A DNA stretch of 64,000 nucleotides from Escherichia phage vB_EfeM_pEP20, in the sequence record OQ743992; one strand, given 5' to 3'. Position numbers and translations under genes: made by a program. Below, piece by piece: positions 1 to 10,137 of this stretch. A model generated the notes under the pieces. The model searched no databases and was not told the origin of the DNA. It saw only the letters and a program-made list of their open reading frames with translations. Within the stretch, counting starts at the first letter, position 1, and every line of letters starts with the position of its first letter.

Positions 1-997
1 GATTAGCATTCTGCTCTTTATCAATTTCCATCTTCTTAATCATATACTTCAAAGGTGGTTCTTTAGGAGCTACAAAATCTCTGGGAATGCCAAACATATC
101 ATACAGTGTGGCAGCATTATAGTAAACCCACTCATGAAGAAGCTTTGTATTTAACCCAACTACAGCACGTCCTTCGGAGAAGATATAATACGACCATTTC
201 TCTTCACTTTCAACTACTTCATCTAAGATTACTTTAATCTCTGGAAGAATTTGTTGGAAAGCTTTTTGCCACTCATCATCTCTTAAAGTTTCTTTTAAAA
301 CTTCAATATCAATTTTAGTGTGAAGGATTTCGTCAAGCATAATCTTCTGGACAGCTTGAGCAATACCTTGAAATTTATCTTGAGCATCAAGTGCAAAAGT
401 ACATGCAAAGGATGCCATAAAAGAAATACCTTCAAGTGCAGTCACTGCAAATAGACCTTTTAGAATCACTTTATGGAAGTGCAAAGGGTCTTTATCCAGA
501 AGTGAGTCACGGACATAACTCAGTCGATAGTTTATACCTTCATCCAGCAATTCTTCAAGAACACGATTCACAGTTTTTAATCGGTCTTGTACAGCAATGT
601 TCTGGTTAATCTCATCTAAGATTGTTTCAGGATTTTTAATACACTGTCTTACAATCTCCGAGTAAGTAAGAGCATGTAGGTTTTCAATCTCAGACTGCTT
701 CATAATTGCAGTTGCATAAATGTCATCAGAGATGAATGGTGCAAAGGCAAACGCTAAGCTCTTAGCAACTTGGGTATCTGCTTCCCACTGCCACTTAAGA
801 ATCTCAAGCATTACACCTGACATTGATGCTGGTACACTCTCAAAATCAAGACGTGATTGTTCAAAAGGGAACTCATCTTCTGACCAGTCTTGTGCTTTTT
901 GTTGTTTATATAGCTCAAAGATTTTTGGGTAGTGCTTATTAAGTGAGTCGAATGTTTTTCTCTCACCACCTAAAAAGATTGGGTGTTGGTTAATCAT
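1..997 (-). CDS. nrdB: ribonucleotide reductase class Ia small subunit (NrdB); C-terminus cut by window edge
   Basis: Minus-strand translation from ATG at 997 (MINQHPIFLGG...) is open to position 1 and shows NrdB di-iron signatures (LHALTYSE, ALEGISFMASFACTFAL, DEILH). Start overlaps the upstream ORF stop (ATGA). Not in the ORF track because it is truncated. Confidence 0.85.
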   Translation of the reverse strand, partial: MINQHPIFLGGERKTFDSLNKHYPKIFELYKQQKAQDWSEDEFPFEQSRLDFESVPASMSGVMLEILKWQWEADTQVAKSLAFAFAPFISDDIYATAIMKQSEIENLHALTYSEIVRQCIKNPETILDEINQNIAVQDRLKTVNRVLEELLDEGINYRLSYVRDSLLDKDPLHFHKVILKGLFAVTALEGISFMASFACTFALDAQDKFQGIAQAVQKIMLDEILHTKIDIEVLKETLRDDEWQKAFQQILPEIKVILDEVVESEEKWSYYIFSEGRAVVGLNTKLLHEWVYYNAATLYDMFGIPRDFVAPKEPPLKYMIKKMEIDKEQNAN

Positions 998-1335
998 AGC
1001 GTGATTTCTCCTTTCTTTATCATCTCTAAGGCTTGTTTTCTGTCTAAAACTTCCCAATTTTCTTTGTTAAACATGTCATAAGGTCTTGCATAGATTTTAC
1101 CATCTGCTGTAGAGATGTAAGAGACACCATCGACCCATGAGTCATCATTTTGTTTTATCATCACATCTGTGCTACTTACATAGTACAGTGTTTTCCGAGG
1201 TTTGTGGAGCAAGTATATGGGTCTCTCATGTTTTTCTATTAAGTCTTTCATAGTTTCTCCAAAGTTAATTTTAGAGGGTCTTTTACGACCCTCATAGTTA
1301 TTAAAACTAAACACCACAACCCTCGCAATAAGCAT
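994..1335 (-). CDS. hypothetical protein (113 aa) between nrdA and nrdB
   Basis: Track ORF with start/stop overlaps to both neighbours; no recognisable motif. Confidence 0.5.
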   Translation of the reverse strand: MLIARVVVFSFNNYEGRKRPSKINFGETMKDLIEKHERPIYLLHKPRKTLYYVSSTDVMIKQNDDSWVDGVSYISTADGKIYARPYDMFNKENWEVLDRKQALEMIKKGEITL

Positions 1336-3541
1336 CTTGCAGTGCAGATTTACCTACACCAATGCGACTGTTAAGGTAGTACATGGTTTTCATACCTACT
1401 GAGTTGGCATAAATCATGTACTTCAAAGCTTGAGCTAATGATACCTTCTTAGCTTTTGCGTAGTCAACATAGAAATCTGAAGAGATAGCTTGACCAGTGA
1501 ACTTTTGAACAATTGCATAACAATCAATCAGGTCAAAGGTGTCAATATCCCAAGCAATTTCATAGACATACTTCAACTCTTCGTAATCTGGAACAATAAA
1601 TAGTACGTTACCAGTTGCAGACTTTTTAGTTAAAATAAAGTCACGAATTGGATACAAGCCGTTTGTCGTATTAGTTGCCAGTGAAGAACTCTCATTAGGC
1701 ATGTAAGCTTCTAATACAGAGTTACGGATTCCACCATTTTCTTTAATACGTTGTGCTAAGTCATCCCAATCATAACGAAGTTTTGCATCATGCTTCTCAT
1801 CAATCTTCCTGTTAGCTGTCTTCTGAGGAACCCAACCTTCAGGATACTTCGTGAACTGCATATACTCAGGTACACCACGCTCTTTAGCAAGTCTTAAAGA
1901 AGCTTCGTGTAAGTAGTAAGAGTGCATTTCAGCAAGTTCATGAAGCTTCGTCTTACCTGCTCTTGAAGAATAGTTCACGTAGTTTTTTGCAAGGTAATGA
2001 GCCACATTTGTAAGGCCAATCCCAACAGAGCGACGCTTCTGAACATGGTTGCGCATCGACGGATACGGATAATCCATAAGGTCAATAACGGAGTCAACCA
2101 TTGCAAGAGCATAATAAGCAACGTCAGCGTATTCATCTTCTGAAATTCTCCCTGCAACCAAACTAGCTAGGAAGCAAAGAGCTACCTCACCATCCTCTTT
2201 CACAGCATCATCTCTGTAAAGGTCTGTCTCTTTCTCAAAGCCATACACTGGCAACACAATTTCCATACAAAGATTTGACATCTTCAAAGGCTCTTTGAAT
2301 GGTGTATGTGTGTTTGCATTATTTGTGAAGAATGGATACACACGACCTGTTGCATAACGCTGCTGGATAAACAGTTTAGCAATTTCACGAGCCTTTACTC
2401 GTCTGTGCTTAACACCTGAATGTACTGCGTGACCAACTGCCATAGCAAACTCATCAGCAGATGCTGTGTAGAACATGTCATAGAGTCTTGGTGCATCCTT
2501 GTAAGAGAATAGCAACCAGTCTGTATCATATTGAACGCACTGCCAGAAATAATCATTTGTACCAAATGAGTAGTCCATCTCGTTAATACGTTTAGAAGGA
2601 ACCGTTGTAGGGTGCTTCAAACGCAGTAAATCTTCAATCTGCGGGTCTAGAGCAGTGTAGAAGTTGTTAGCTGAACCACCACGGCTCTTCTGTTTGTTTG
2701 CCTCTACAGATGAACGTACAAGCTTGTAATAAGGCAGTTTACCCATATGCTCAATAGTATTTTGACGGATACCATCACCAATAGTGCGAGTCTCCATCAG
2801 CATTCCAATACCAGCTTGCTTTGTGGTCATGTCATAGGCAACCTTTGCGGCAATACCTAGAGATTCAGCAGTATCATTCGCTTTAATCAAACAGCATGAC
2901 GCATAACCTGATTTAGTAGCTCTTAAACCATTCAGATAAGGCGTAGGAGCATTAATCTTCAGGTCAGATAGGTAAGTGTACAGCTTAATAACATCTTGTA
3001 GTCTACGGTGCTTTGGTTGCTTCTCAAAGGCTTTCATAGCCATACCCATAAACATAAACTGTGGTGACTCAAAAAGTCTTCCCGTTTTAATATCACGGAT
3101 ACCATACTTGTCTCTAAACTGTTTCAACACTGCATAGCCGTAAGATATATCTTTTGAGTGCACAATGTACCCTTGCAGATATTCAAGTTCTTCCTGAGAA
3201 TAGTCCATCTTCTCCCAAAGTCCTGCTCTCTCCATATTTTTAACGAAGGTAACCAGCGTAGGAACCTTAGTAAAGCCTCCAAAGGCTTCTTTGTAGATAA
3301 TACCCAGAAGTAGCCGTCCAGCCATGTCTGAGTACTCTTGGGTTTGTTTATCAACACAAACATCAATCATGGCTTGGTGCATCTCTTTTGTAGTGCAACC
3401 CTCGTAGACACGCTTCATGGCTTCCATAGTGACTTCTGACCAGATAATTCCACGCTTGTCTGCCCATGATGCCCACTTATTAAGTCTTTCTGGGTCAAAG
3501 CTTACTACTGTACCGTTTGATTTTTTAATTGTCTTAATCAT
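1307..3541 (-). CDS. nrdA: ribonucleotide reductase class Ia large subunit (NrdA)
   Basis: 744 aa ORF with the catalytic NLCMEIVLP motif and C-terminal CEGC tail typical of class I RNR alpha. Confidence 0.9.
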   Translation of the reverse strand: MIKTIKKSNGTVVSFDPERLNKWASWADKRGIIWSEVTMEAMKRVYEGCTTKEMHQAMIDVCVDKQTQEYSDMAGRLLLGIIYKEAFGGFTKVPTLVTFVKNMERAGLWEKMDYSQEELEYLQGYIVHSKDISYGYAVLKQFRDKYGIRDIKTGRLFESPQFMFMGMAMKAFEKQPKHRRLQDVIKLYTYLSDLKINAPTPYLNGLRATKSGYASCCLIKANDTAESLGIAAKVAYDMTTKQAGIGMLMETRTIGDGIRQNTIEHMGKLPYYKLVRSSVEANKQKSRGGSANNFYTALDPQIEDLLRLKHPTTVPSKRINEMDYSFGTNDYFWQCVQYDTDWLLFSYKDAPRLYDMFYTASADEFAMAVGHAVHSGVKHRRVKAREIAKLFIQQRYATGRVYPFFTNNANTHTPFKEPLKMSNLCMEIVLPVYGFEKETDLYRDDAVKEDGEVALCFLASLVAGRISEDEYADVAYYALAMVDSVIDLMDYPYPSMRNHVQKRRSVGIGLTNVAHYLAKNYVNYSSRAGKTKLHELAEMHSYYLHEASLRLAKERGVPEYMQFTKYPEGWVPQKTANRKIDEKHDAKLRYDWDDLAQRIKENGGIRNSVLEAYMPNESSSLATNTTNGLYPIRDFILTKKSATGNVLFIVPDYEELKYVYEIAWDIDTFDLIDCYAIVQKFTGQAISSDFYVDYAKAKKVSLAQALKYMIYANSVGMKTMYYLNSRIGVGKSALQDAYCEGCGV

Positions 3542-3557
3542 TTTTGAATCCTACAGG

Positions 3558-3581
3558 TGAAAAGAGCCTCCGAAGAGGCTC
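3558..3581 (-). terminator. rho-independent terminator/attenuator upstream of nrdA
   Basis: Minus-sense hairpin GAGCCTC-TTCG-GAGGCTC followed by TTTTCACC, then the nrdA RBS. Confidence 0.5.
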
Positions 3582-3587
3582 CCTAGT

Positions 3588-3962
3588 TTAAATCTTGAAA
3601 ATTTGCTCATTCTGCCACATATCGTAAAACTTATCACTTACTTTTGTGACTGAAGAAGTGTGCATACAATTCAGTAAGAACCATGAGGATGTATTATCCT
3701 CCATAAGTGTTTCAAGTTTTTGTGTGGCATTCACATCCATGTCTGAAACAACGTAATTACCTCGCATCTTGCAAACAATTCTTCCAAACAAGATTGCACT
3801 TCTACCTCTTCGGTCGTCACAGTACATAACTGTGTCTCCGTGCTTAACATCTTGTCCGATACTATCAACACCTAATTTAGCACCTGAGATAATGTCATCA
3901 TAAGATAACTTTTTTTGCTTTAGACACGGTATTTCTCCAAGTTTCTTTTTAGATATAGCCAA
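3588..3962 (-). CDS. hypothetical protein (124 aa)
   Basis: Track ORF in a same-strand gene string. Confidence 0.5.
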   Translation of the reverse strand: MAISKKKLGEIPCLKQKKLSYDDIISGAKLGVDSIGQDVKHGDTVMYCDDRRGRSAILFGRIVCKMRGNYVVSDMDVNATQKLETLMEDNTSSWFLLNCMHTSSVTKVSDKFYDMWQNEQIFKI

Positions 3963-4252
3963 CCATAGTCAGTTCTTTCTACACCCATGAAGAGTGGAGC
4001 CATTACAACTTTACCAAAAGTATTCCTGTGTTGACAGATTTCAAAAGAATACTCTTTCTCAATATCAATCCCGTATTTGTATAGGACTGCTTTTAAAACT
4101 TGTTCATTATCCAGAAGTGTATCTGGAGTCTCACCATACTTCTCAAGTAACGGGTCATTCATAAACACCGTCATAGAGATATTGTAGTTTGAGAAGTGGC
4201 TCTTCTGAGCCACACCTTCTTTATTAATGTTCTGTGAATCCATTATAACCAA
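3920..4252 (-). CDS. hypothetical protein (110 aa)
   Basis: Track ORF, tightly packed with neighbours. Confidence 0.5.
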   Translation of the reverse strand: MVIMDSQNINKEGVAQKSHFSNYNISMTVFMNDPLLEKYGETPDTLLDNEQVLKAVLYKYGIDIEKEYSFEICQHRNTFGKVVMAPLFMGVERTDYGWLYLKRNLEKYRV

Positions 4253-4979
4253 CCCCTTTTAACCAGCACTTCAGGTTATTAGCATCATAATTCAGTTTCG
4301 GGTATGAGGTTACATGGAACTGCTCACCATCATAGTAGACAATATCTGCAATCCATAGTCCGTTCTCTTTACAGAAATCTTTATCTGCTTTAGAGGTAAT
4401 TGGATTAACTTCTACAAAACCATCTACACCCAAATCCTTTAAGCTACATACAATACCTTTGCAGATAACGCATGTATCAGATACTACCACAAAAAGTTCT
4501 TGGCTTTCAAGTTCTACAATGTATTCACCAAGTTGAACTTTAGGGAGATTTGATTGCTTCATAATCTTCCCATCGGCTGCACGGGCAATCGCATACCACT
4601 CTTTACCATCAACTACTGACATTCTGATGATACACTCTTGACCAGTACGCTTCTCAATATCTGCAAGACGTTTTAAAGCTTCTTCATAGTCGTCTGTGTA
4701 CTTCAGGTCATTATTATGGCAAACAGCTTCCATAGCACCATTGTGGTCATGTTGTGACAGATAAATTAGACCGTCAAGAACATATTGCAAATCTGCCTGA
4801 GCATCCAGTGTCTCAATGGGGTCTTTCTCTTCAATTGCTTTTACAAGCTCTTTTGCTTCTTCAAGCATACACAGAGACTGGGATTTCAAAGATTCCCAAT
4901 ACTCATCACTGTAAGGTTGCTTTTGGGTGTTTCCGCAACGAAGATTCCAGTTTTTTACTGATTCTCTTGAGTTAAACAT
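4224..4979 (-). CDS. hypothetical protein with glutaredoxin/NrdH-like CxxC C-terminal region
   Basis: 251 aa; C-terminal VVVSDTCVICKGIVCSLKDLGVDGFVEV resembles a redoxin CxxC module; sits in the RNR neighbourhood. Confidence 0.45.
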   Translation of the reverse strand: MFNSRESVKNWNLRCGNTQKQPYSDEYWESLKSQSLCMLEEAKELVKAIEEKDPIETLDAQADLQYVLDGLIYLSQHDHNGAMEAVCHNNDLKYTDDYEEALKRLADIEKRTGQECIIRMSVVDGKEWYAIARAADGKIMKQSNLPKVQLGEYIVELESQELFVVVSDTCVICKGIVCSLKDLGVDGFVEVNPITSKADKDFCKENGLWIADIVYYDGEQFHVTSYPKLNYDANNLKCWLKGVGYNGFTEH

Positions 4980-5217
4980 TCGGACTCCTTAAAAATCTAT
5001 TAACTTTTAGCTCTCGTGTTTCAATATATTCCAGATGCTCACGTAACTCTTGACGTTTAAGCATTAGGTGCTGCATTTGAGATTCAACAGCTTCAACTTC
5101 TTTAATTATTGACTCTCTGGCATTTGCAAGAATGCGCTCAAGTTCTTCAATCTTGCTGTCAACCTTTGCTACATGGCTCACAGCTTTACTTTTGTTAAAC
5201 ATTTTATTCTCTCTCAA
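4972..5217 (-). CDS. hypothetical coiled-coil protein (81 aa)
   Basis: Track ORF rich in E/L/R/K heptad-like sequence. Confidence 0.45.
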   Translation of the reverse strand: MRENKMFNKSKAVSHVAKVDSKIEELERILANARESIIKEVEAVESQMQHLMLKRQELREHLEYIETRELKVNRFLRSPNV

Positions 5218-5223
5218 TAGTTA

Positions 5224-5721
5224 TCAAGCACAGTTTGATTTCATTACCTTATGGATTCTTTTTTCAGCATCTTCATAAGTTTCTTTAGTAATAAACTTAA
5301 TTGCTGCAATATTGGCATTGTAGAAGAGTCTGAGCTTAGAGTCAATCCTTTTTGTCATGACATCGAATTTATGTTGAAGGTTTGCTTCGCCATAAACTAG
5401 ACCACCTTTCGTGTAGTAGGTTTGGATAATGTAAAAGTCAAAAAATTCTTTTCCAAAGCTCTCAATATCCTTTTTAATATACTCAGAAGAAGTCTCATAA
5501 GTCATCCAATCACTCTCCTTAGTGACTACCTTCTTCCGAGTCTTACCAGCAACTTTTCTTTTGGTCACACTATTAAGCTGTTTCTTTCCGATATAATATT
5601 GTCCGGTTTTCTTACAGTGTACTAAATAGACAAAGCCAAAATGTTTAGTGGGGTCAACTTCCCCACATAAAGATACCCAATGACCATAGGTAGGACAATT
5701 GCCAAATCCTTTAATCTTCAT
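5224..5721 (-). CDS. putative GIY-YIG family endonuclease (free-standing homing-endonuclease-like)
   Basis: N-terminal FGFVYLVHCKKTGQYYIGKK fits the GIY-(10-11 aa)-YIG pattern, followed by a basic region. Confidence 0.5.
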   Translation of the reverse strand: MKIKGFGNCPTYGHWVSLCGEVDPTKHFGFVYLVHCKKTGQYYIGKKQLNSVTKRKVAGKTRKKVVTKESDWMTYETSSEYIKKDIESFGKEFFDFYIIQTYYTKGGLVYGEANLQHKFDVMTKRIDSKLRLFYNANIAAIKFITKETYEDAEKRIHKVMKSNCA

Positions 5722-6751
5722 TCATACACGGCTCCCAATTATATTTCTTAAAAGAGAAATTATCTTTTGGATTTCTCTCTTGATATGCTATCCAGAAATG
5801 CTGCTCCATTAACTCTAATGGTGTCTTTGTGATAGTCTGTCCATCCCATGATACATAGGTGTATGACTCTTTTTTAGCATAGAGTTCATAGATAGCATCA
5901 AGGCACTCTTTATAGGTCTCTTTACCATCTAAAGCATTCATCACAGCTACTTTACCAGCACCTTTAAGGCCGAAGTAGTTATCTGCATTATCCCCAGCAA
6001 CAGCCTGATAACACAAGAATTTAAAACCTACACCAACTGTTTTTGCAGCTTTTGGTTTTGATTTGATAGGACAATCCCAGATATCTCCAACATTATTGTC
6101 AGCAATAAAAATTAGTGGTGACTTCTCATAGGTCATATCAATACAATAAGTCCCTTCAGCTTGTCGAAGGTCTTTGTCAATACTCATAAGAGCAGCCTTC
6201 TTACCCATCTTTTCAGCTTTAGCAATTACGATGGAGTCGGCTTCGAAGCCTCCCTTTAAGAGCTTGAACTCTGGTCTTGACAGAAGATATTCACGACAAG
6301 CAACTAAGTGTGTTGGTGTGACAGCATCTTTACGGTTACCTTGATATTGGTGCTCAAGACCTTTCACGTCTTTATGTTTATGTACACCTTTCTCTGTTAA
6401 GTAACCTACCCAAGTTCTTTCTTTACCAACAACCTTAAGCCATTCCTGAAGAACCTGCTGAGTAGCCATGATAGCTTCTTTTTCACTCTTAGCTTCTTTC
6501 CAAGTCTGTCTTTCCCATTCATCTTCATCAAATGCTAGGCCAAGCTCTTCTACAAGGATTCTCTGGTCTGCTAACCATCTTGCAGCATCTTTTGCATTAT
6601 CAAATGGTTCAGATTCTTCTGCTGTGAGTTTATTGACATATTTATATTTTGCTTTCTCAACTACACAAGCACCTTTATAGGCAATACTATCAGAGTCAAT
6701 AAAGACATGTGTAACTGAATCGGGAAGTTTTGTTAGCGTATACTTCTCCAT
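5711..6751 (-). CDS. 5'-3' exonuclease / flap endonuclease (FEN family)
   Basis: 346 aa with acidic N-terminal cluster (HVFIDSDS) and H3TH-like CYQAVAGDNADNYFGLKGAGKVAVMNAL, as remembered for phage T5 D15-type exonuclease. Confidence 0.75.
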   Translation of the reverse strand: MEKYTLTKLPDSVTHVFIDSDSIAYKGACVVEKAKYKYVNKLTAEESEPFDNAKDAARWLADQRILVEELGLAFDEDEWERQTWKEAKSEKEAIMATQQVLQEWLKVVGKERTWVGYLTEKGVHKHKDVKGLEHQYQGNRKDAVTPTHLVACREYLLSRPEFKLLKGGFEADSIVIAKAEKMGKKAALMSIDKDLRQAEGTYCIDMTYEKSPLIFIADNNVGDIWDCPIKSKPKAAKTVGVGFKFLCYQAVAGDNADNYFGLKGAGKVAVMNALDGKETYKECLDAIYELYAKKESYTYVSWDGQTITKTPLELMEQHFWIAYQERNPKDNFSFKKYNWEPCMNED

Positions 6752-6813
6752 TGTGACTCTCCATATGAAAAAGCCCCATACTAAGTACAGGGCTTTAAAG
6801 TAACTTTTAGAGA

Positions 6814-7671
6814 TTAGTCTTCTGTATCGAAGTCTTCATCTCCTTCGTCATCTGGGTCTGGCAAGTCTTCGTCGTCACCATCATCAGAATCATTCGAAGG
6901 TTTGTGGTCTTTTGCGTCTTCTTCAGTGATTTCACCGTTATCTTCAACACCATCAAGACCAAGCATAGCCAGTTCGTCTTCATCCAGTTCAGGTTCGCCA
7001 TTAGCACCGTTACCACCAGTGTAAGGTACAAGGGTATCAATGATAAACTGTTCCTGAATAGGTTTTGTCAGAACATTGTTCTCAAAGGTGTAGAAGTGAG
7101 TAGAAAGAATCACACTACCAAAAGAACCATTACCAACTGCAATATCTGGATGAATTACATCATAGTTCTTGTCATCTTCATGCTTATCAGATGCTTGAGC
7201 TTTGATTTTCTTCATCGGCTGTTTAACAGCTACACGCTTACCATTTACTTCTTCAATCAGCATTACAGGGAATGACTGTTTAGCTGTCCACACAGCACCA
7301 TCTTTATAAGCTGCTGCACGACTTACTTTCAAGATGTAGTAAGTGTCTGCTTCAAAAGGTGGTTTGCAACCAAACTTCTCTTCGAAGTCATCTGCATCAA
7401 CTGCTTCAGTAGTAACTTTATCCCAACCTTCTGGGTTTTTCTTAGACTTAGTGAACTCTTTAAACAGCTTGTTACCATCTTCTGCCAGAATTGAAACACT
7501 ATAGTTGCAGTCTTTTCCTGGGAATTTCTTATCAATGGATTTACCTTTTCCCGGACGTGGTGAAGTGTTCAGGTAATAAAACCAAACATCTTTCAGCAGG
7601 TAACGCAGAGTTTGACGTTCAGTACCATTGTACTTCTCTACCGGAGCTTTCATTTTAACAACTTTAGACAT
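6814..7671 (-). CDS. single-stranded DNA-binding protein (putative)
   Basis: 285 aa ending in a strongly acidic tail (DDGDDEDLPDPDDEGDEDFDTED), the hallmark of phage/bacterial SSB C-termini; located among replication genes. Confidence 0.6.
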   Translation of the reverse strand: MSKVVKMKAPVEKYNGTERQTLRYLLKDVWFYYLNTSPRPGKGKSIDKKFPGKDCNYSVSILAEDGNKLFKEFTKSKKNPEGWDKVTTEAVDADDFEEKFGCKPPFEADTYYILKVSRAAAYKDGAVWTAKQSFPVMLIEEVNGKRVAVKQPMKKIKAQASDKHEDDKNYDVIHPDIAVGNGSFGSVILSTHFYTFENNVLTKPIQEQFIIDTLVPYTGGNGANGEPELDEDELAMLGLDGVEDNGEITEEDAKDHKPSNDSDDGDDEDLPDPDDEGDEDFDTED

Positions 7672-7743
7672 TATTTAAACCTCTATCTCAATTTATGAAG
7701 AGTACCAATTCTAATTTGTTGATACTCTATTGTCAAACATTAA

Positions 7744-7893
7744 TTACTGGAAGTTGTGCTTATCTTTAGAAGCTGCTTTACGTGCAGTTTTTCCAGTTCT
7801 TACACGCTTCTCTTCATAGTATTTTGCTGGTTTTCCAGCAGTGGCTTTTAAGGAATCCCCAAAAACTTTTTCAAATGCTTTAGAGTGTTTCAT
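7744..7893 (-). CDS. small basic hypothetical protein (49 aa)
   Basis: Hand-found ORF (MKHSKAFEKVFGDSLKATAGKPAKYYEEKRVRTGKTARKAASKDKHNFQ) below the track cut-off; start overlaps the next gene. Confidence 0.3.
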   Translation of the reverse strand: MKHSKAFEKVFGDSLKATAGKPAKYYEEKRVRTGKTARKAASKDKHNFQ

Positions 7894-8183
7894 GATATTC
7901 TCCGATATACTTGATATTCAAACACATTTTCTTTAATTATAAACAGCCAACCAATATTATGTCGAGGTATAGTAATAGTGACTGTTATTATACTGTGATG
8001 GAACTTTTCTTCTACCTCAACGCCTCCATCACATTTCATGTAGAGCATTCTATAGAACCTATCAACCTTTGTCAAACACTCTTCCTGAAATTCATTTAAA
8101 CTTTTTTCTTCAAAGAAGGGTATGAACCCCTCTCTTTTATAACTATCACTCAGTTTCGAATGGGCAGTCATCTGCATCCTCAC
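7890..8183 (-). CDS. hypothetical protein (97 aa)
   Basis: Track ORF. Confidence 0.4.
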   Translation of the reverse strand: MRMQMTAHSKLSDSYKREGFIPFFEEKSLNEFQEECLTKVDRFYRMLYMKCDGGVEVEEKFHHSIITVTITIPRHNIGWLFIIKENVFEYQVYRRIS

Positions 8184-10137
8184 TTAATACAGGTGGAATC
8201 GTTGAGCTTTGACGCTGCTCTTCAGTATAAACTTCACCAGTCTCACGGTCAAACACTTCATCCTCGTAATGAGGTAAGGAGTCATCATAATGGTCTTCAG
8301 CTTCACCAATACCAAACTGTTGACGAATATTCTCTGCTGCACCATCAATGTCAACACCACACCCAGAAGCTTTGATAAGACGTCCTGTGTCTGGATTGTA
8401 CCAAGTATGACCAGCGATACCTGTTGACTTACCATGACGACGACACTTAGTTAACTTGATTTTTGTCAAGTTTTTCTTAACAGGGTCTGGGTCAACCTTG
8501 TTACGCATTAACAGAATGTTGTTCATGGAAATCTGGAAGTATGCACCAGAACCCTTAATGTCCTCTTCAGAGATATCTCCACCTTCAGAGTTAGCTTTCT
8601 GACCACCTGCACTCTTACGAACGTGACAGACGTTAACCTGTGCATACTGATAGCGTTTGCAACGACGCAGTAGTTCAGACAAAACTTCCTCTTCATCAGT
8701 ATCAGAACGTGACAGAGCCAACGTAATAGGGTCAAGAATAATAATCTTACAGTCTAAACTGTTAACAAGATAGTCAACAAATTCCAGCAGGTTATCTTGG
8801 TCAATTGCCCCTTGATGGTCAACGATATGGATACGACGGCCTTTAGATAGTTCTGCGTGTGCTTCCTTCAATTCATCCCAATCACGTTCGTCATAAGGAA
8901 TCTCAGAAATCTGCTTGCTTAGGTGAATTGCACAGAGCATCTCCATCAACTCTTCATAGGTGTCTTCTACAGGAATTACACCGATATTGTAATCAGTTTC
9001 TTTCCAAGCTGAATAAATCATCTCACGAGTGTAAGCTGACTTACCTACTGAAGATGGTGCTGCAATAGTTGTAATCTCACCTAAACCATAACCACCATAA
9101 GTCAGCCTGTTCAAATCCCCGAAAGATTCTGGGAAAGGAATCAATGGAATCTGACCACGATTCTTCATTGCCTCAAAACCATCTGCAAAGTTCTTGATAC
9201 CAGCAGGACAGTAACGAGGTGCATTGTAGATACGCTGCTTAAATCCTTCCAGAACTGTGTCTTTCTCTTTATAGAACTTTGTCCACCATTCATTAAGGTC
9301 TTTTACACCTTCTGGATACTGGAACAAACGAACCTTCTCAATAGGTAAGATGCCAGCAGCCTCTTTTGTTGCTTTAGCACCTGCTTCATCGTTATCAAAG
9401 CACAAGTAAATCTCATCAAATGATGTGATGTACTGATAGTTGTCTTTGATAGACTTAATGTTTGCACCTGATGGAACAGATACGTGACAGTAATTCTTAC
9501 GACGAGACTTATCTTTAATTGCCAGAGAAGTCATGTAGATAGCTGTCGCACATTCCATCTCACCTTCCCAGATGAATAGTCGGTTCCCACCTTCTGGAGC
9601 AATCCATGAACCGAACATTGCCAGTTCACCTTTAATATCTCCAACACCACCTGAAAAGTCTTTTAACTTACCACGTAGGTGTTCTTTTGGATGGTCTTCT
9701 GGGTAACGGTGACGAACACGGTAACCAACATGTTCTAGCTTGCCATCTTCATTACGTTTGTAAGTCGGATAGAAATGTGCATCAATTTCACCGTCACTAT
9801 CAATGTCAACCTTAATACCTAAACGCTCAAGGACTTTTGCAGGAATCTTCCTGTCTTTCAAATCCATTGCTTCTAGGTTTTCTTTTACATCATCTAAATC
9901 CATTCCACGGAAAGTACGGTTTTTATTATCTGAACCAGTAGAATAAGTGCTCACGATTTGTCCTTTATCAAAATCCCACTCTGGGAAACCTTTGTTACAG
10001 CTAAAGCAAGTCATCGAATAAGAACCATCGTCATGATGGTAGATTGAACCCGCATCTGATGAACCACAACGTGGACATGCACAATGACCAATAAACTGAC
10101 CAGCCTCTTTCAATTTACGACCTTTAGACATTAGCAC
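8146..10137 (-). CDS. DNA primase-helicase (zinc ribbon + primase + DnaB-like helicase)
   Basis: 663 aa; N-terminal CPRCGSSD...CFSCNKG zinc ribbon, central primase-like region, C-terminal P-loop (APSSVGKSAYT) in a DnaB/gp4-like helicase region. Confidence 0.8.
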   Translation of the reverse strand: MLMSKGRKLKEAGQFIGHCACPRCGSSDAGSIYHHDDGSYSMTCFSCNKGFPEWDFDKGQIVSTYSTGSDNKNRTFRGMDLDDVKENLEAMDLKDRKIPAKVLERLGIKVDIDSDGEIDAHFYPTYKRNEDGKLEHVGYRVRHRYPEDHPKEHLRGKLKDFSGGVGDIKGELAMFGSWIAPEGGNRLFIWEGEMECATAIYMTSLAIKDKSRRKNYCHVSVPSGANIKSIKDNYQYITSFDEIYLCFDNDEAGAKATKEAAGILPIEKVRLFQYPEGVKDLNEWWTKFYKEKDTVLEGFKQRIYNAPRYCPAGIKNFADGFEAMKNRGQIPLIPFPESFGDLNRLTYGGYGLGEITTIAAPSSVGKSAYTREMIYSAWKETDYNIGVIPVEDTYEELMEMLCAIHLSKQISEIPYDERDWDELKEAHAELSKGRRIHIVDHQGAIDQDNLLEFVDYLVNSLDCKIIILDPITLALSRSDTDEEEVLSELLRRCKRYQYAQVNVCHVRKSAGGQKANSEGGDISEEDIKGSGAYFQISMNNILLMRNKVDPDPVKKNLTKIKLTKCRRHGKSTGIAGHTWYNPDTGRLIKASGCGVDIDGAAENIRQQFGIGEAEDHYDDSLPHYEDEVFDRETGEVYTEEQRQSSTIPPVLSEDADDCPFETE

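Noticed and set aside
720-932. Plus-strand ORF of 70 aa from the six-frame track
   Set aside because: Lies entirely inside the minus-strand nrdB reading frame, which has clear RNR motifs; treated as a shadow ORF. The same reasoning was applied to the other short track ORFs that sit antisense within long, well-supported genes (for example 1975-2157, 12876-13136, 25172-25387, 38357-38620, 41334-41831).
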